Below are positions 17,001 to 25,907 of a stretch of DNA of 42,894 nucleotides, piece by piece. The position numbers and the translations under genes were made by a program. Source of the stretch: an uncultured bacterium (GTDB lineage Bacteria > Hinthialibacterota > Hinthialibacteria > Hinthialibacterales > Hinthialibacteraceae); NCBI GenBank assembly GCA_964449065.1, contig CAYVAZ010000005.1:1-42894 (forward strand), given 5' to 3'. The notes below the pieces were generated by a model, which saw nothing but the letters and a program-made list of their open reading frames with translations, made no database searches and was not told where the DNA came from. Position 1 is the first letter of the stretch, and every line of letters starts with the position of its first letter.

Positions 17001-17677
17001 TCGCATTGCAGGAGTTCATGCTTGTATTTTTTTGCCAGCTCCGCCTGCTTAGCCTGGCGTTCCAGAGAACGGCGGCGGCGCTGCAATTCATTGAGGATGT
17101 CTTCAACCCGCAACAAGTCTTGTTCGGTACGGTCCAGTTTGCGTAAGGCTTCCATTTTGCGGTGCAGAAAGCGGGATACGCCTGCGGCTTCTTCGATAAT
17201 CTCACGCCGTTCCTGCGGTTTGGCGTTGACAATCATATCCACACGGCCTTGCTCTAAAATCGAGTAGCAGTTGGTGCCGATCCCGGAATCCAAAAAGATA
17301 TCGGTGATATCTTTGAGACGGCATTTGGTTTGGTTTATGAGGTATTCGCTTTCACCATCGCGGTGCAGGCGGCGGGTAATTTCAACTTCGCGATACGAGA
17401 TAGGAAGATAATTATCGGCGTTTTCAAAGACAATGGTTACTTCAGCCATCCCTGCGGCGGCACGGTTGGATGTGCCGTTGAAGATCATATCACCCATAAC
17501 ATTGCCGCGCAGACGGCGGGGATTTTGCTCGCCCAACACCCAGCGGATGGCATCGGATACGTTGGATTTTCCGCAACCATTCGGGCCGACAATACTGGTA
17601 ACCCCCCGGTCAAAGATAACTTCGACGGGATCAACAAAGGATTTAAATCCAGAAATTTTTAATTTTTGTAAATGCAT
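14063..17677 (-). CDS. smc: Chromosome segregation protein SMC
   Basis: GFKSF, Walker A GPNGCGKSN, long coiled coils, hinge (GRVAFLPL; GTITGG), signature LSGGEK and Walker B FLDEIDAPLD. 1204 aa. Confidence 0.97.
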   Translation of the reverse strand: MHLQKLKISGFKSFVDPVEVIFDRGVTSIVGPNGCGKSNVSDAIRWVLGEQNPRRLRGNVMGDMIFNGTSNRAAAGMAEVTIVFENADNYLPISYREVEITRRLHRDGESEYLINQTKCRLKDITDIFLDSGIGTNCYSILEQGRVDMIVNAKPQERREIIEEAAGVSRFLHRKMEALRKLDRTEQDLLRVEDILNELQRRRRSLERQAKQAELAKKYKHELLQCEYILHHRSGKTLLENLENNTSKLKGLQAQVQVIAGELSTVRTRKNELTAKLQEQDEINRTQRESYASANARLEQMESHLQHLSDRETEYGQMKTKLESETEADMTRSQDEQEKIKHAEQQAEALQNEINELQTAIHSLQTGLDEMNRRFQEMEAEGQQKQKRCVQLEQQIRELQDQQRLWERDCEHIQNRLAQLIDENERIMEQISSLREKVAKLTADEETVERQTREQQRHYDEILARLEEKNASEKKWKQDLNECEREWQKAHSRLESLRALQANLEGFEEGVRYLLRGDEKPLSNLLCNVAERIQVLPGYEQAVDAALALKLQAVLAENPQAIQAAIDRLREEKKGRVAFLPLQWNELLADVEIPVEIQNLQNASDLVRCDDSFQPVIRNMLKSTYLVPSLEEGFRLQSVLPPGFRLLTMEGDVIESDGTITGGFSKASQILDRTTEIKRLDEKAQKLHAERTELEQNITAVQEELSGLNRQRDEVRDLLLQKQNDLKAVQHEHKQTQSQLENIETSNQNILKEQEKLQTNLQSGNQTQTQRQEQLSELENNYGELSRDLEEWQSQIAEFRTQRRAKSDEISEKRMYLLEKQKDCERWMGDIEMRKRHLDELEKGIEEKKQTIQQQEERRLEAQSAIAETKQTMERLRGERDQLWQEVQKCEAVNQEMRADIQKVSKDETETAEKHEKLRDELNKTEQDNIRLKVEEEHWNERMSEAYSKLTNQEELERDERTTDELNEKVEFYCRRLEQLGMVNELAIEEYEEVKERCEFLEAQQSDLVKAKEDLLKTAKELHGTTKELFMETFTQVQENFNRMFRKIFNGGKAEIRLMEGDPMEAGIEIEVQPPGKKLQSITLLSGGEKAMVAVSLLFAIYEIKPSPFCFLDEIDAPLDDVNIGRFTTLLQGFLDRSQFIMITHNKRTMSVADAIYGVTMPQEGVSTIYSMKFDDKHKKAVPDENTPQVIENQTEQEEEPALVS

Positions 17678-18021
17678 CCCCGTGCCTCATTGATAATCTC
17701 AATCATTTTTATCATATTAACATGTATGAAGCATGACGTTAACGCCACAACAGCATGGCAATGAATATACGGTGAGAGAGCAATTGTGTCAATAGGAAAA
17801 ACTGTATAAAGTAGTCTACACACAGTTCATCCACAAGATATAGTGTTATATTACATTAAGTTTAACTTCTACGAATAATTGAAGTTAGGTAAGATAACTT
17901 CAAAAAGCCTCTCATAAGTTATCCCCAGTGTAATTTTTATTGGAATATTTTTTTGCGTTATAAAATTGGTATGCTCTTTTTGGTTTAGATATACGTAAGT
18001 ATAGATATAAAAGAGGGAAAT

Positions 18022-18048
18022 GGTGGGTCATAACAAAAAGACCCACCG
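18022..18048 (-). terminator. Probable terminator hairpin downstream of ftsH
   Basis: GGTGGGTC/GACCCACC stem 28 nt past the ftsH stop, with a pyrimidine-rich tail on the minus strand. Confidence 0.55.
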
Positions 18049-18075
18049 TAAATTATTTGCGTGCAGTTGAAACGA

Positions 18076-20106
18076 TTATGTTGATGGTTCTGGATTTAGA
18101 CCGAAAGGGGGAGGGGATGAGCCTTCTGCGGGCTTACGCTTTTTCTGTTTAATATCTTGCTTTTCTCCCTCTTGAGCAGCATTTGCTACAGGTTGTTCTT
18201 GTGAATCATCCGCAGTTTGTTCTGAAGAAGAGGCTGAATCATCTTCCGAAGAGCCGCCGTTTCTTTTGTTTTTCACATAATCAACTAGTTTTTGAACTTC
18301 ATCGGCAGATAAGACTTCTTGCTGTAAAAGTCGGTCTGCCATTTCATCCAATATATCATTATTATCTTCCAGGATTTTCTTGGTCCGGTGGTAACATTCA
18401 TCAACGAGGTAGCGCACTTCTTTGTCGATTTCAAACGCGATTTCTTCGCTGTAATCTTTGTCTTTGTAAAAATCTCTGCCTAAAAACACTTGGGTTTCAT
18501 TGGCACCGAATGTCAGGGGGCCCAGTTTTTCACTCATACCAAAATTACAAACCATTTTATGGGCCAAATCGGTTACACGCTCTAAATCGTTTTGAGCGCC
18601 AGTGGTGACATCGCCAAAGATCATGCTTTCAGCAACGCGGCCGCCCAGTAAAGTAGCCATCCGGGCAAGCAGTTCGCTTCGGCTGGTTAGATAGCGTTCT
18701 TCAACAGGTAAATGCATGGTGTAACCAAGCGCACGCCCCCGAGGCAAAATAGACACTTTGTGTACCGGGTCGATTTCAGCAATTTCAAGACCGACAACAG
18801 CGTGACCCGCTTCATGGTAGGCGATAATTTTCTTCTCTTTTTCGGACATGCTTCGGCTTTTCCGTTCTGGACCTGCGGTCACCCGTTCTACCGCCTCTTC
18901 AAAGTCTTCCATCTGTACGGTCTCATGACCTTTTCGGGCAGCCAACAAAGCCGCTTCATTCACGCTATTGTATAAATCCGCGCCGGAAAATCCGGGAGAG
19001 CGTCTGGCGATAACAGTTAGATCGACATTTTTACCGACCACGATATTTTTGGTGTGGACTTTGAGGATGCCTTCACGGCCGTTGATATCGGGCAAGTCAA
19101 CAATGATTTGGCGGTCAAAGCGTCCTGGGCGGAGAAGGGCCGGGTCCAACACATCGGGGCGGTTGGTTGCCGCAATCAAAATGACTTCTTCGTTGGTATC
19201 AAAACCATCCATCTCAACCAATAATTGGTTCAAAGTTTGTTCACGCTCATCATGGCCGCCGCCAACACCAGCAAAACGCTGGCGCCCGACGGCGTCGATC
19301 TCATCCATAAAGATGATGCAGGGGGATTGTTTTTTTCCCTGCTCAAAAAGGTCGCGCACACGGGAGGCGCCAACACCCACAAACATTTCGACGAAATCGG
19401 AACCGCTAATGCTGAAGAAAGGCACATTGGCCTCACCGGCAACGGCTCTGGCGAGTAGGGTCTTTCCGGTTCCAGGAGGGCCATGTAAAAGAACACCATG
19501 AGGTATTTTGCCGCCCAGTTTTTGGAAACGGCCGGGATCTTTCAGGAACTCAACAATTTCTTTGAGGTCTTCCTTGGCTTCGTCACAGCCCGCGACATCA
19601 TCGAAGGTGACTTTATTCTTGTTCCCTTCGGTATTTAAGCGGGCGCGGCTTTTGCCGAAGGACATGGCTTTGCTGCCGCCGATTTGCATTTGCCGAAAGA
19701 TAAAAAACCATACACCCAGTAATAATAGCAGGGGCAGCAAGGTGGTGGTAAACATAGCGGTCCACCAACCACTATCGGGATTGCTTTTATAGGTGAAACC
19801 GGCATCTTTGTTTTCTTGATAATAATCTTGCAATTGCGCGTCGATGGCTTCGACCTGGTTCCGCAGATTTTTCACAACATATTGTTGCGGTTGATCCCCC
19901 GTGGATGGCGTAACGTAGTTGCCTTCTATCTTTGTGTCATATAAAATGGCACTTTTAAGGGTGATATTTTGGGTGCTTTCACCTCTTAGAATATCGCGAA
20001 ATTTGGAGAGTTCCCACTCTTTTTCATTTTGCGGACGCATGAGGCCAACGATAAAGATGATGATTAGCAATAATAAACCGTAGAAAATAAGTGTGCGGTT
20101 AAACAA
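18076..20106 (-). CDS. ftsH: ATP-dependent zinc metalloprotease FtsH
   Basis: Two N-terminal TM helices, [36 protein letters not shown] and HEAGH. TTG start with AAGGA RBS. Confidence 0.98.
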   Translation of the reverse strand: MFNRTLIFYGLLLLIIIFIVGLMRPQNEKEWELSKFRDILRGESTQNITLKSAILYDTKIEGNYVTPSTGDQPQQYVVKNLRNQVEAIDAQLQDYYQENKDAGFTYKSNPDSGWWTAMFTTTLLPLLLLLGVWFFIFRQMQIGGSKAMSFGKSRARLNTEGNKNKVTFDDVAGCDEAKEDLKEIVEFLKDPGRFQKLGGKIPHGVLLHGPPGTGKTLLARAVAGEANVPFFSISGSDFVEMFVGVGASRVRDLFEQGKKQSPCIIFMDEIDAVGRQRFAGVGGGHDEREQTLNQLLVEMDGFDTNEEVILIAATNRPDVLDPALLRPGRFDRQIIVDLPDINGREGILKVHTKNIVVGKNVDLTVIARRSPGFSGADLYNSVNEAALLAARKGHETVQMEDFEEAVERVTAGPERKSRSMSEKEKKIIAYHEAGHAVVGLEIAEIDPVHKVSILPRGRALGYTMHLPVEERYLTSRSELLARMATLLGGRVAESMIFGDVTTGAQNDLERVTDLAHKMVCNFGMSEKLGPLTFGANETQVFLGRDFYKDKDYSEEIAFEIDKEVRYLVDECYHRTKKILEDNNDILDEMADRLLQQEVLSADEVQKLVDYVKNKRNGGSSEDDSASSSEQTADDSQEQPVANAAQEGEKQDIKQKKRKPAEGSSPPPFGLNPEPST

Positions 20107-20273
20107 TGGACAGTTCCTTTAACACCTTTATGATTTAACTTCCATTCGCAAGATGTGCCGGATAAAAAAACACTCGAGCGGCGGTTTAAATGTGTAACGC
20201 ATTACCAAAAGGGGTGAGACCTGCTGGAAATGATGAAGAGCCGCCGGAAAAAATGCGAATGAGTCAGCCTTAT

Positions 20274-20301
20274 ATAATAAAAATTTAAATCCATGTGTCA
20301 A
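20274..20301 (-). promoter_or_regulatory. sigma70-type promoter of ftsH
   Basis: Minus strand TTGACA-N16-TATTAT, implying a 5' leader of about 160 nt. Confidence 0.6.
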
Positions 20302-20330
20302 GCAAACTGGCTTAATTGTAGGGCTTCTCT

Positions 20331-22076
20331 TTAAGGAGTTTCATTTGAATGGCAATTTTGGATACGATTCAGCAATTGATCATGCCGGTCTTTTATGAAC
20401 TCTTGTTGGGTTACGATTCCGGTGATTTTTACGTTTTGGATGTTTAACCTCCTGAATTCCGGACAGAGTTGCTTAAAAAGCCGGCTTTCATCCTCTACAG
20501 AAAACCGTTCTCCTTTTACATAATCGCTGGTTTGAATGAGTATGGGATGTGCCGCTAAATAGGCGCTTTTGTATTGGGATAGGCGGGATATTTCGATGGC
20601 ATAGACCGGTTGGCGGTGAAGGGTTTGGTGGTAGAGATGGGCACCGCTTAGACGGGTTGGTTCAATCGGCAATTCCAGTAAGGGGCCGTGAACATTTTGG
20701 TATAAAGAATGAGTTTCCGGTAAAAAATGCATTTTTGGCAGGCGCCATTCTGTTTCTACTAAAAATAGACCAAGAACAACACCTATGATTCCGTATTGCA
20801 ATAGATTTTTGCTTTTTGCAAGAACAGCATGTTGAATCCAAATCAATCCCAACAAGCTAACCGCCAGCCAAACCACGAAGACAAAGCGGGCATAAACCCG
20901 CATGGATGTTAGACCGGGAATTATCTCAAATAGCATCGCAGGGGCTGGGACGGCCAGCCCAAAGATTCTTACCGGACGGTCAAACACTTGAATGAATGGT
21001 CCTAATGCAATGATAAAAAAAGCAACCATGAGCAAGAATAGAAACCGTTTGGCAGATGCTGAGAGCGGCAGCCGCTTCCAGTTCCATACAGCAATCAGAA
21101 AAAAAGCGAGTTGCAGCCATCCCGGATGCAGCCGGAACTCAGACCCGACAATGTTTTGCGATGAAAAACTATCCAACAGCCAAAGCGGCGTAACACTATG
21201 GATAAGTGTGATCGACCAAAACGCCGAATACATCATGGAGACAGTATCCGGTTCGGCCGGGTAAACCGGATTGGGGTTTGGAGGTGAGAAATACAGATAG
21301 AGCAATGGAGCAATTAACAGAGCAGGAAGAAAAATGACATACAGCATCTTGAGGAATGAGTATGTAGATTTGTGGGAGAGGATATCCGTACTGATTCGAA
21401 GCGCCATATAGATTCCTATGAATAACCCGAAATACCAGTTGCTGAATAAGGCCAGTATCCAAGACCATACAAATACCCCATATCCAATTGCCGTTTTGGA
21501 ATGCACCCAGCGTTCGAGTAAATAAAACGAGCAAAGCAGCCATGCAGTCGAAAAAAGATTGAGATGTTCGAAATGGTTCCAGCGGAATGGATGGAAGGCT
21601 GCGATGAACCCCAACGCCATCGCAGCTGGGCGGTTGAGTCCAAACGTTTTCCCCCACAAGGCGGCAAACACGCCGGTTAGCACTGTCCAAGCGAAAAAAA
21701 GAACATTGTACGAAACCACCGGGCCAAAGATTGCTGTAACCGGAGAAGCGATGATGCCGTTTACGATGGAGAGTGTGTGAAAGCGAAGATCACACCCCCA
21801 GGGATAAAAGATGAGGTCACACCAAAGCGGGGAGACATGACGCTCGAACAGGGCATAATACACCCACCAAAGGTTCCATAGATTGGTGCCTTTGTCTCCC
21901 AATGGAACGGATGCCAAATGTCCGGTAGGATGAAGGCATAAGGGATAGCAAAGAATGGCCGAAACCAGCGTGAATACCAATGTGAAAAACGCTCCATCCG
22001 AGCGGATGAACTGTTGCAGCAGACTGGAGTTGTGCGTTGCCGCCGCGTTGGGATTGGTGTGGTTTGGGTTGTTCAC
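20331..22076 (-). CDS. Multi-TM GT-C-like membrane glycosyltransferase (YfhO-like); start uncertain
   Basis: First loop GD...NLWNLWW, FYPWG..L..H, about 11-13 hydrophobic segments, MRVYARF and a C-terminal LELP...LYHQTLHRQP domain. Start is GTG 22076 or TTG 21980. Confidence 0.7.
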   Translation of the reverse strand: MNNPNHTNPNAAATHNSSLLQQFIRSDGAFFTLVFTLVSAILCYPLCLHPTGHLASVPLGDKGTNLWNLWWVYYALFERHVSPLWCDLIFYPWGCDLRFHTLSIVNGIIASPVTAIFGPVVSYNVLFFAWTVLTGVFAALWGKTFGLNRPAAMALGFIAAFHPFRWNHFEHLNLFSTAWLLCSFYLLERWVHSKTAIGYGVFVWSWILALFSNWYFGLFIGIYMALRISTDILSHKSTYSFLKMLYVIFLPALLIAPLLYLYFSPPNPNPVYPAEPDTVSMMYSAFWSITLIHSVTPLWLLDSFSSQNIVGSEFRLHPGWLQLAFFLIAVWNWKRLPLSASAKRFLFLLMVAFFIIALGPFIQVFDRPVRIFGLAVPAPAMLFEIIPGLTSMRVYARFVFVVWLAVSLLGLIWIQHAVLAKSKNLLQYGIIGVVLGLFLVETEWRLPKMHFLPETHSLYQNVHGPLLELPIEPTRLSGAHLYHQTLHRQPVYAIEISRLSQYKSAYLAAHPILIQTSDYVKGERFSVEDESRLFKQLCPEFRRLNIQNVKITGIVTQQEFIKDRHDQLLNRIQNCHSNETP

Positions 22077-23724
22077 TGCCGCTTTGCCTCAAGATATTGT
22101 TTGGGGCGATTCCCCCGAACTGGCCGCTGCCGCCTATCGTTTGGGGAATCCCCACCCGACCGGATACTCATTGTATATGCTGCTGCTTCATGCTGTACAG
22201 TGGCTGCCGGTAGGAACGGTTGCATACCGTTCGCATTTGTTTTCGGCGATGTGTATGTCGGCAGCGTGTTCGGTTTGGATGATTGTGCTGCTTCGGTTTT
22301 TATCCGCTTCCTTTCGACGTAATGATCTTTCCGCTCTCGTTGCCGCGAGTGCCGCAACCATTGCGTTTGCGTTGACTCCCACCGCCTGGTCGCAAGCGAT
22401 CATAACAGAAGTGTACGCGTTTTTTATCCTGCTGTGTGCCGTGAATGTGGTTGTTCTTCAGCGGGCTTGGAACCGTCCGCTTCAATGTACCGCATCCATG
22501 CTGATGATTTTATCCACTCAAATCATCCACCACCGCTTGGCTCTGTTTTTGGTGGCCATGACAGGTCTCTTATGGATATACCGCTGCGTTGTTGTGCAAG
22601 AGAAATTGAGGCCATCCGCATTACAAATAACCGGTAAGGTATTGTTGGGGCTTTCTCCTTTCCTGCTGCTGTTGTATTTTCCCATACGCGCTTCATACGA
22701 TCCGTTTTTAAATTGGTACAATCCAAGCGACCCGGCGCGCTTTTGGGATTACATCAACGGAAGCATGTATCAAGATGTCTTGCGTTCGGGGCTTCAACAT
22801 TGGGATACACTCGTCAATTCCCAAACGGTTGCGCGGCACATTTTTATTTCATTCTGCGCGTTTGGTTTGCTTGGATTTCTCATCCTGTTTGGTTGGGGCG
22901 TTCTTATTTACCAACAGTTACGTTTAGGCATCCTTTGCATCTTTCTGTATTTAATCTACTTGCTGTTTGTCATGCTGTATAAAACCGGGGACTGGCAGGT
23001 TTTTTTGCTGCCTTTGTTATTGATTCAAACCGTGCCAATGGCTTTTTGTGTGATGCAGGTGTTTCAATGGATTGAACCGCGTTCTTCCATGTATTTCATC
23101 CGGTTTGGTTATGCATTATTTATGATTTTTTCTGTTATTCCGATGTTTGTGCCGGATGAACCTCAACGTTTTGATTTAGCATTATCGAGACCGGTTCATC
23201 AGCAAGAATTGCAAAAGCGGTTTGCGCTGCGTCAGGATACTTCGGCGAAAGTGTTTGCAGACCAAGTATGGAAGATTGTACAGGCGGGCGATAGCGTTGT
23301 CACAGGATTGGATCAAGTAACGGCGGACAATGAATTTTTTCCCCTGGCGTATCAGCACGTTGTTGAAGGCAAAGGGGACGAAAACCCGTTAATCGCGGCT
23401 AACTTCATGCGCTATGATTGGTATCGTAGTCAGCTCAACCGGAGGTATGATCTTGATGTTCCCATGAAAGGGAACGAATTGGCGCCATCCCGGCAAGCCT
23501 ATTTGGAAGAGATATGGAAAACGGTGATTCATCCCTTATTACAGCGCGGAGGTATTGTGACCCCATCACCTAATTTACCGCCGGATTGGTATGCGAGAGT
23601 TCACATCGAAAACTATGAAATCAAAATGCCGCGGGCGTGGGTATCGCAAACCTACCGCATGTATTTGCCAAAATCGTATGTTCAGCGTTTGACACTTAAA
23701 GAAGAGCAGGACTCAAAAAATTGA
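22006..23724 (+). CDS. DUF2723/TMEM260-like GT-C membrane protein (putative protein O-mannosyltransferase)
   Basis: WGDSPEL.AAAY.LG.PHPTGY.LY, WSQAIITEVY and LLLYFPIRA...LNW.NP are DUF2723 motifs. Multi-TM. Start ATG 22006 (ORF track gives 21955). Confidence 0.85.
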   Translation: MNCCSRLELCVAAALGLVWFGLFTAALPQDIVWGDSPELAAAAYRLGNPHPTGYSLYMLLLHAVQWLPVGTVAYRSHLFSAMCMSAACSVWMIVLLRFLSASFRRNDLSALVAASAATIAFALTPTAWSQAIITEVYAFFILLCAVNVVVLQRAWNRPLQCTASMLMILSTQIIHHRLALFLVAMTGLLWIYRCVVVQEKLRPSALQITGKVLLGLSPFLLLLYFPIRASYDPFLNWYNPSDPARFWDYINGSMYQDVLRSGLQHWDTLVNSQTVARHIFISFCAFGLLGFLILFGWGVLIYQQLRLGILCIFLYLIYLLFVMLYKTGDWQVFLLPLLLIQTVPMAFCVMQVFQWIEPRSSMYFIRFGYALFMIFSVIPMFVPDEPQRFDLALSRPVHQQELQKRFALRQDTSAKVFADQVWKIVQAGDSVVTGLDQVTADNEFFPLAYQHVVEGKGDENPLIAANFMRYDWYRSQLNRRYDLDVPMKGNELAPSRQAYLEEIWKTVIHPLLQRGGIVTPSPNLPPDWYARVHIENYEIKMPRAWVSQTYRMYLPKSYVQRLTLKEEQDSKN

Positions 23725-25628
23725 ACCTCATCCATACCAATCAATTCTATCAATGGGAAACGCGGTTGGCTTTGGTGCTGATTGTGAGTACGCCGCTGTT
23801 GATTTCAACGGCGACATACGATTCGTTTCTGCTGCCGAAATTTGTGGGGATGACGGTGTTGGCTTCACTTTGGTTGTGGATGCATTCTATGCAGACCACT
23901 TTATTGAACAGGATGCCGAGTGCTTTGGATAAACCGTTTCTCGCAATGGGGATGGTATTTGCTGCATCGGTATTGATCAATTTCACATCGGCGTTGCAGA
24001 TTGAAGCGCTTTTGATTTGCGGCGTGTTTGTGGGATTGTTTTACGCGTTCCGCAGTTTGTGGAGCCGGGGGCTTTCGGAAGAGAAAGTCGCTTTGGCGCT
24101 ATTGGTAACGGCAACCATCCTCTCGATTTATGGATTGTTTCAAGACGCTTGGGCGCAAACCGGGCAGCAGGATTTCTTCCCCACATCAGGGGGGGTGCGC
24201 GATTGGCGCGCGCGGGTAATTGCGACATTGGGCAATCCCAACTTTTTGGGCGGCTATTTGGGGGTGAGTCTCCCAGTTTTGATCGCGTATGCTCTGCGGC
24301 GTGAACTTGCCGTTTGGCAATATGGATTATGCGCAATTGCATTGATGTTAATTGTGGCATGTATGACGGTCACGTTTTGTGTGGGTGTGACGGTTGGATT
24401 GATCATCGCGGTCATCACCGGGATATTGATGATGTTATGGACTCGCTCGGTTCCCACATTTTCATGGGTGCGGGGGATGGTGTTGTTTTTGCTGCTGATG
24501 AGCGCGAATTTGTGGTATACGCTGGATAATCCCTATAACACACATGGAACCTCTTTGTTTTTGGAAGCCAAGTCGTCTCCGCATTGGGCAAGCGGGATGG
24601 GTGCGCGAAATTTTAATTGGCGCACCTCGCTGATCATGATGGAAGAAAACCCGCTTACCGGCATCGGCTTTGGGAACTATTTAACCAAGCATATTCATTA
24701 TCAGGGGATCAACTATCAAAACTTCGGCACTGCGCACGACCGGGATTATGTGATTCCGGTGGATCAGCCGCATTTTCAATTGTTAGAGACCGCAACCGAA
24801 TGCGGACCGCTGGGAGTGTTTGCCATCTGTTGGGTGTTTTGCGCATGGTGGAAGGCTGCATATAAAAGACTAAAACCGAATCATAAACAGAAAATCACTT
24901 GGCAATCGTTTTTAAGCGCGGTGGCCGCGATCGGTCATCCGGTTTCGGTGTTTCCGATTCAAAAGATTCAATCCCAAAAGAATTGGTTTGCCTGGGGGGC
25001 TTTTTTGGGAGTCATCACAGCGGTTGGGCATTCCTTTTCCAGCTTTCCGTTTCATTTGCCGGCGACTTCGTTGGAAGTTGTGGTGTTGGCTTCTTGGTTC
25101 GCCGCGAAGCCAACACAAATACAACCGAAAACCGTTTCTGTTCCGGTATGGAAAATGAGTACGGCATCTGTGGGCGCTTTGATCGTGATTTATCTCGCAG
25201 GGACACACTACATCTCGGATGTGTATTTGCGGTTGGGGAATGAATCGCAGGGGGTGACATCAATCGCGTATTTGAAGCAGGCAGTGCAGTACAATCCATA
25301 TAGCTATCAGAATCACTTCGTCTTGGCAAACCGGTACACGCAGATGGGCTGGTATGATGAAGCGTTGAAATCCTATCAGAACGCATTGCAATATCAGGAA
25401 GATTTAAAGGCGCATGAGTATATGGCGAGAATTCATGCGCTGCAAGAGGATTTTGAAAACGCGATTGAAGAGCAGAAGCGGGTAATTGAGCTGAATCCGG
25501 TGTATCCGGGACATTACCGCGATTTGATTGGGTACATGAAGCAGGCGGGAGTGGAAGACGGAATGGAAAAATTGGAAGCAAAGGCGCAAGAATTGGATGA
25601 AGAGATTCAAGAGAAGTATGGGCGTTAA
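23721..25628 (+). CDS. O-antigen ligase-like (Wzy_C/O-OTase-type) membrane protein with C-terminal TPRs
   Basis: F.LPK, ATLGNPNFLGGYL, R..NW..S..M..ENPLTGIGFGNY, H...LE...E.G.LG, FSSFPFHLP and TPRs ending ELNP. 4-nt overlap with the upstream gene. Confidence 0.85.
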   Translation: MNLIHTNQFYQWETRLALVLIVSTPLLISTATYDSFLLPKFVGMTVLASLWLWMHSMQTTLLNRMPSALDKPFLAMGMVFAASVLINFTSALQIEALLICGVFVGLFYAFRSLWSRGLSEEKVALALLVTATILSIYGLFQDAWAQTGQQDFFPTSGGVRDWRARVIATLGNPNFLGGYLGVSLPVLIAYALRRELAVWQYGLCAIALMLIVACMTVTFCVGVTVGLIIAVITGILMMLWTRSVPTFSWVRGMVLFLLLMSANLWYTLDNPYNTHGTSLFLEAKSSPHWASGMGARNFNWRTSLIMMEENPLTGIGFGNYLTKHIHYQGINYQNFGTAHDRDYVIPVDQPHFQLLETATECGPLGVFAICWVFCAWWKAAYKRLKPNHKQKITWQSFLSAVAAIGHPVSVFPIQKIQSQKNWFAWGAFLGVITAVGHSFSSFPFHLPATSLEVVVLASWFAAKPTQIQPKTVSVPVWKMSTASVGALIVIYLAGTHYISDVYLRLGNESQGVTSIAYLKQAVQYNPYSYQNHFVLANRYTQMGWYDEALKSYQNALQYQEDLKAHEYMARIHALQEDFENAIEEQKRVIELNPVYPGHYRDLIGYMKQAGVEDGMEKLEAKAQELDEEIQEKYGR

Positions 25629-25771
25629 TCAAATTTGGTTAGTATGTAATTCCAAATCTATTCGTCTATCCGGTGGGCTGCCGGAGTAAAAATCCGATGG
25701 ATCGGTTCTCATTCTCCCGCAATTAGAGCAATTCAAGGTTGGATAGACAGAGAATGGGTATTGCACTTGCC

Positions 25772-25799
25772 GTAGGGGCACATTGCAATGTGCCCCTAC
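25772..25799. repeat. REP-like perfect 28-bp palindrome GTAGGGGCACATTGCAATGTGCCCCTAC, copy 2
   Basis: Perfect palindrome between convergent genes, with core identical to 1132-1158. Confidence 0.85.
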
Positions 25800-25907
25800 A
25801 AAACATCTACGCAAATCTGAAATGCTCTAACATTGAAATGAAGTCATAGTAAAAGCGCGGCGCGCCCATTGTTTCACTCTACCATTCAAACATCCAAGCA
25901 TCCCCAT

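Noticed and set aside
17678..18075. Firm call of oriC
   Set aside because: Only two one-mismatch DnaA-like boxes, no dnaA/dnaN neighbourhood, and skew cannot be judged from this window. Kept only as a low-confidence finding.
14314..19792. Long antisense and alternative-frame ORFs within smc and ftsH (e.g. 14612-15316, 16208-16891, 18968-19501)
   Set aside because: Shadow ORFs expected from the codon bias of conserved genes; no recognisable motifs.
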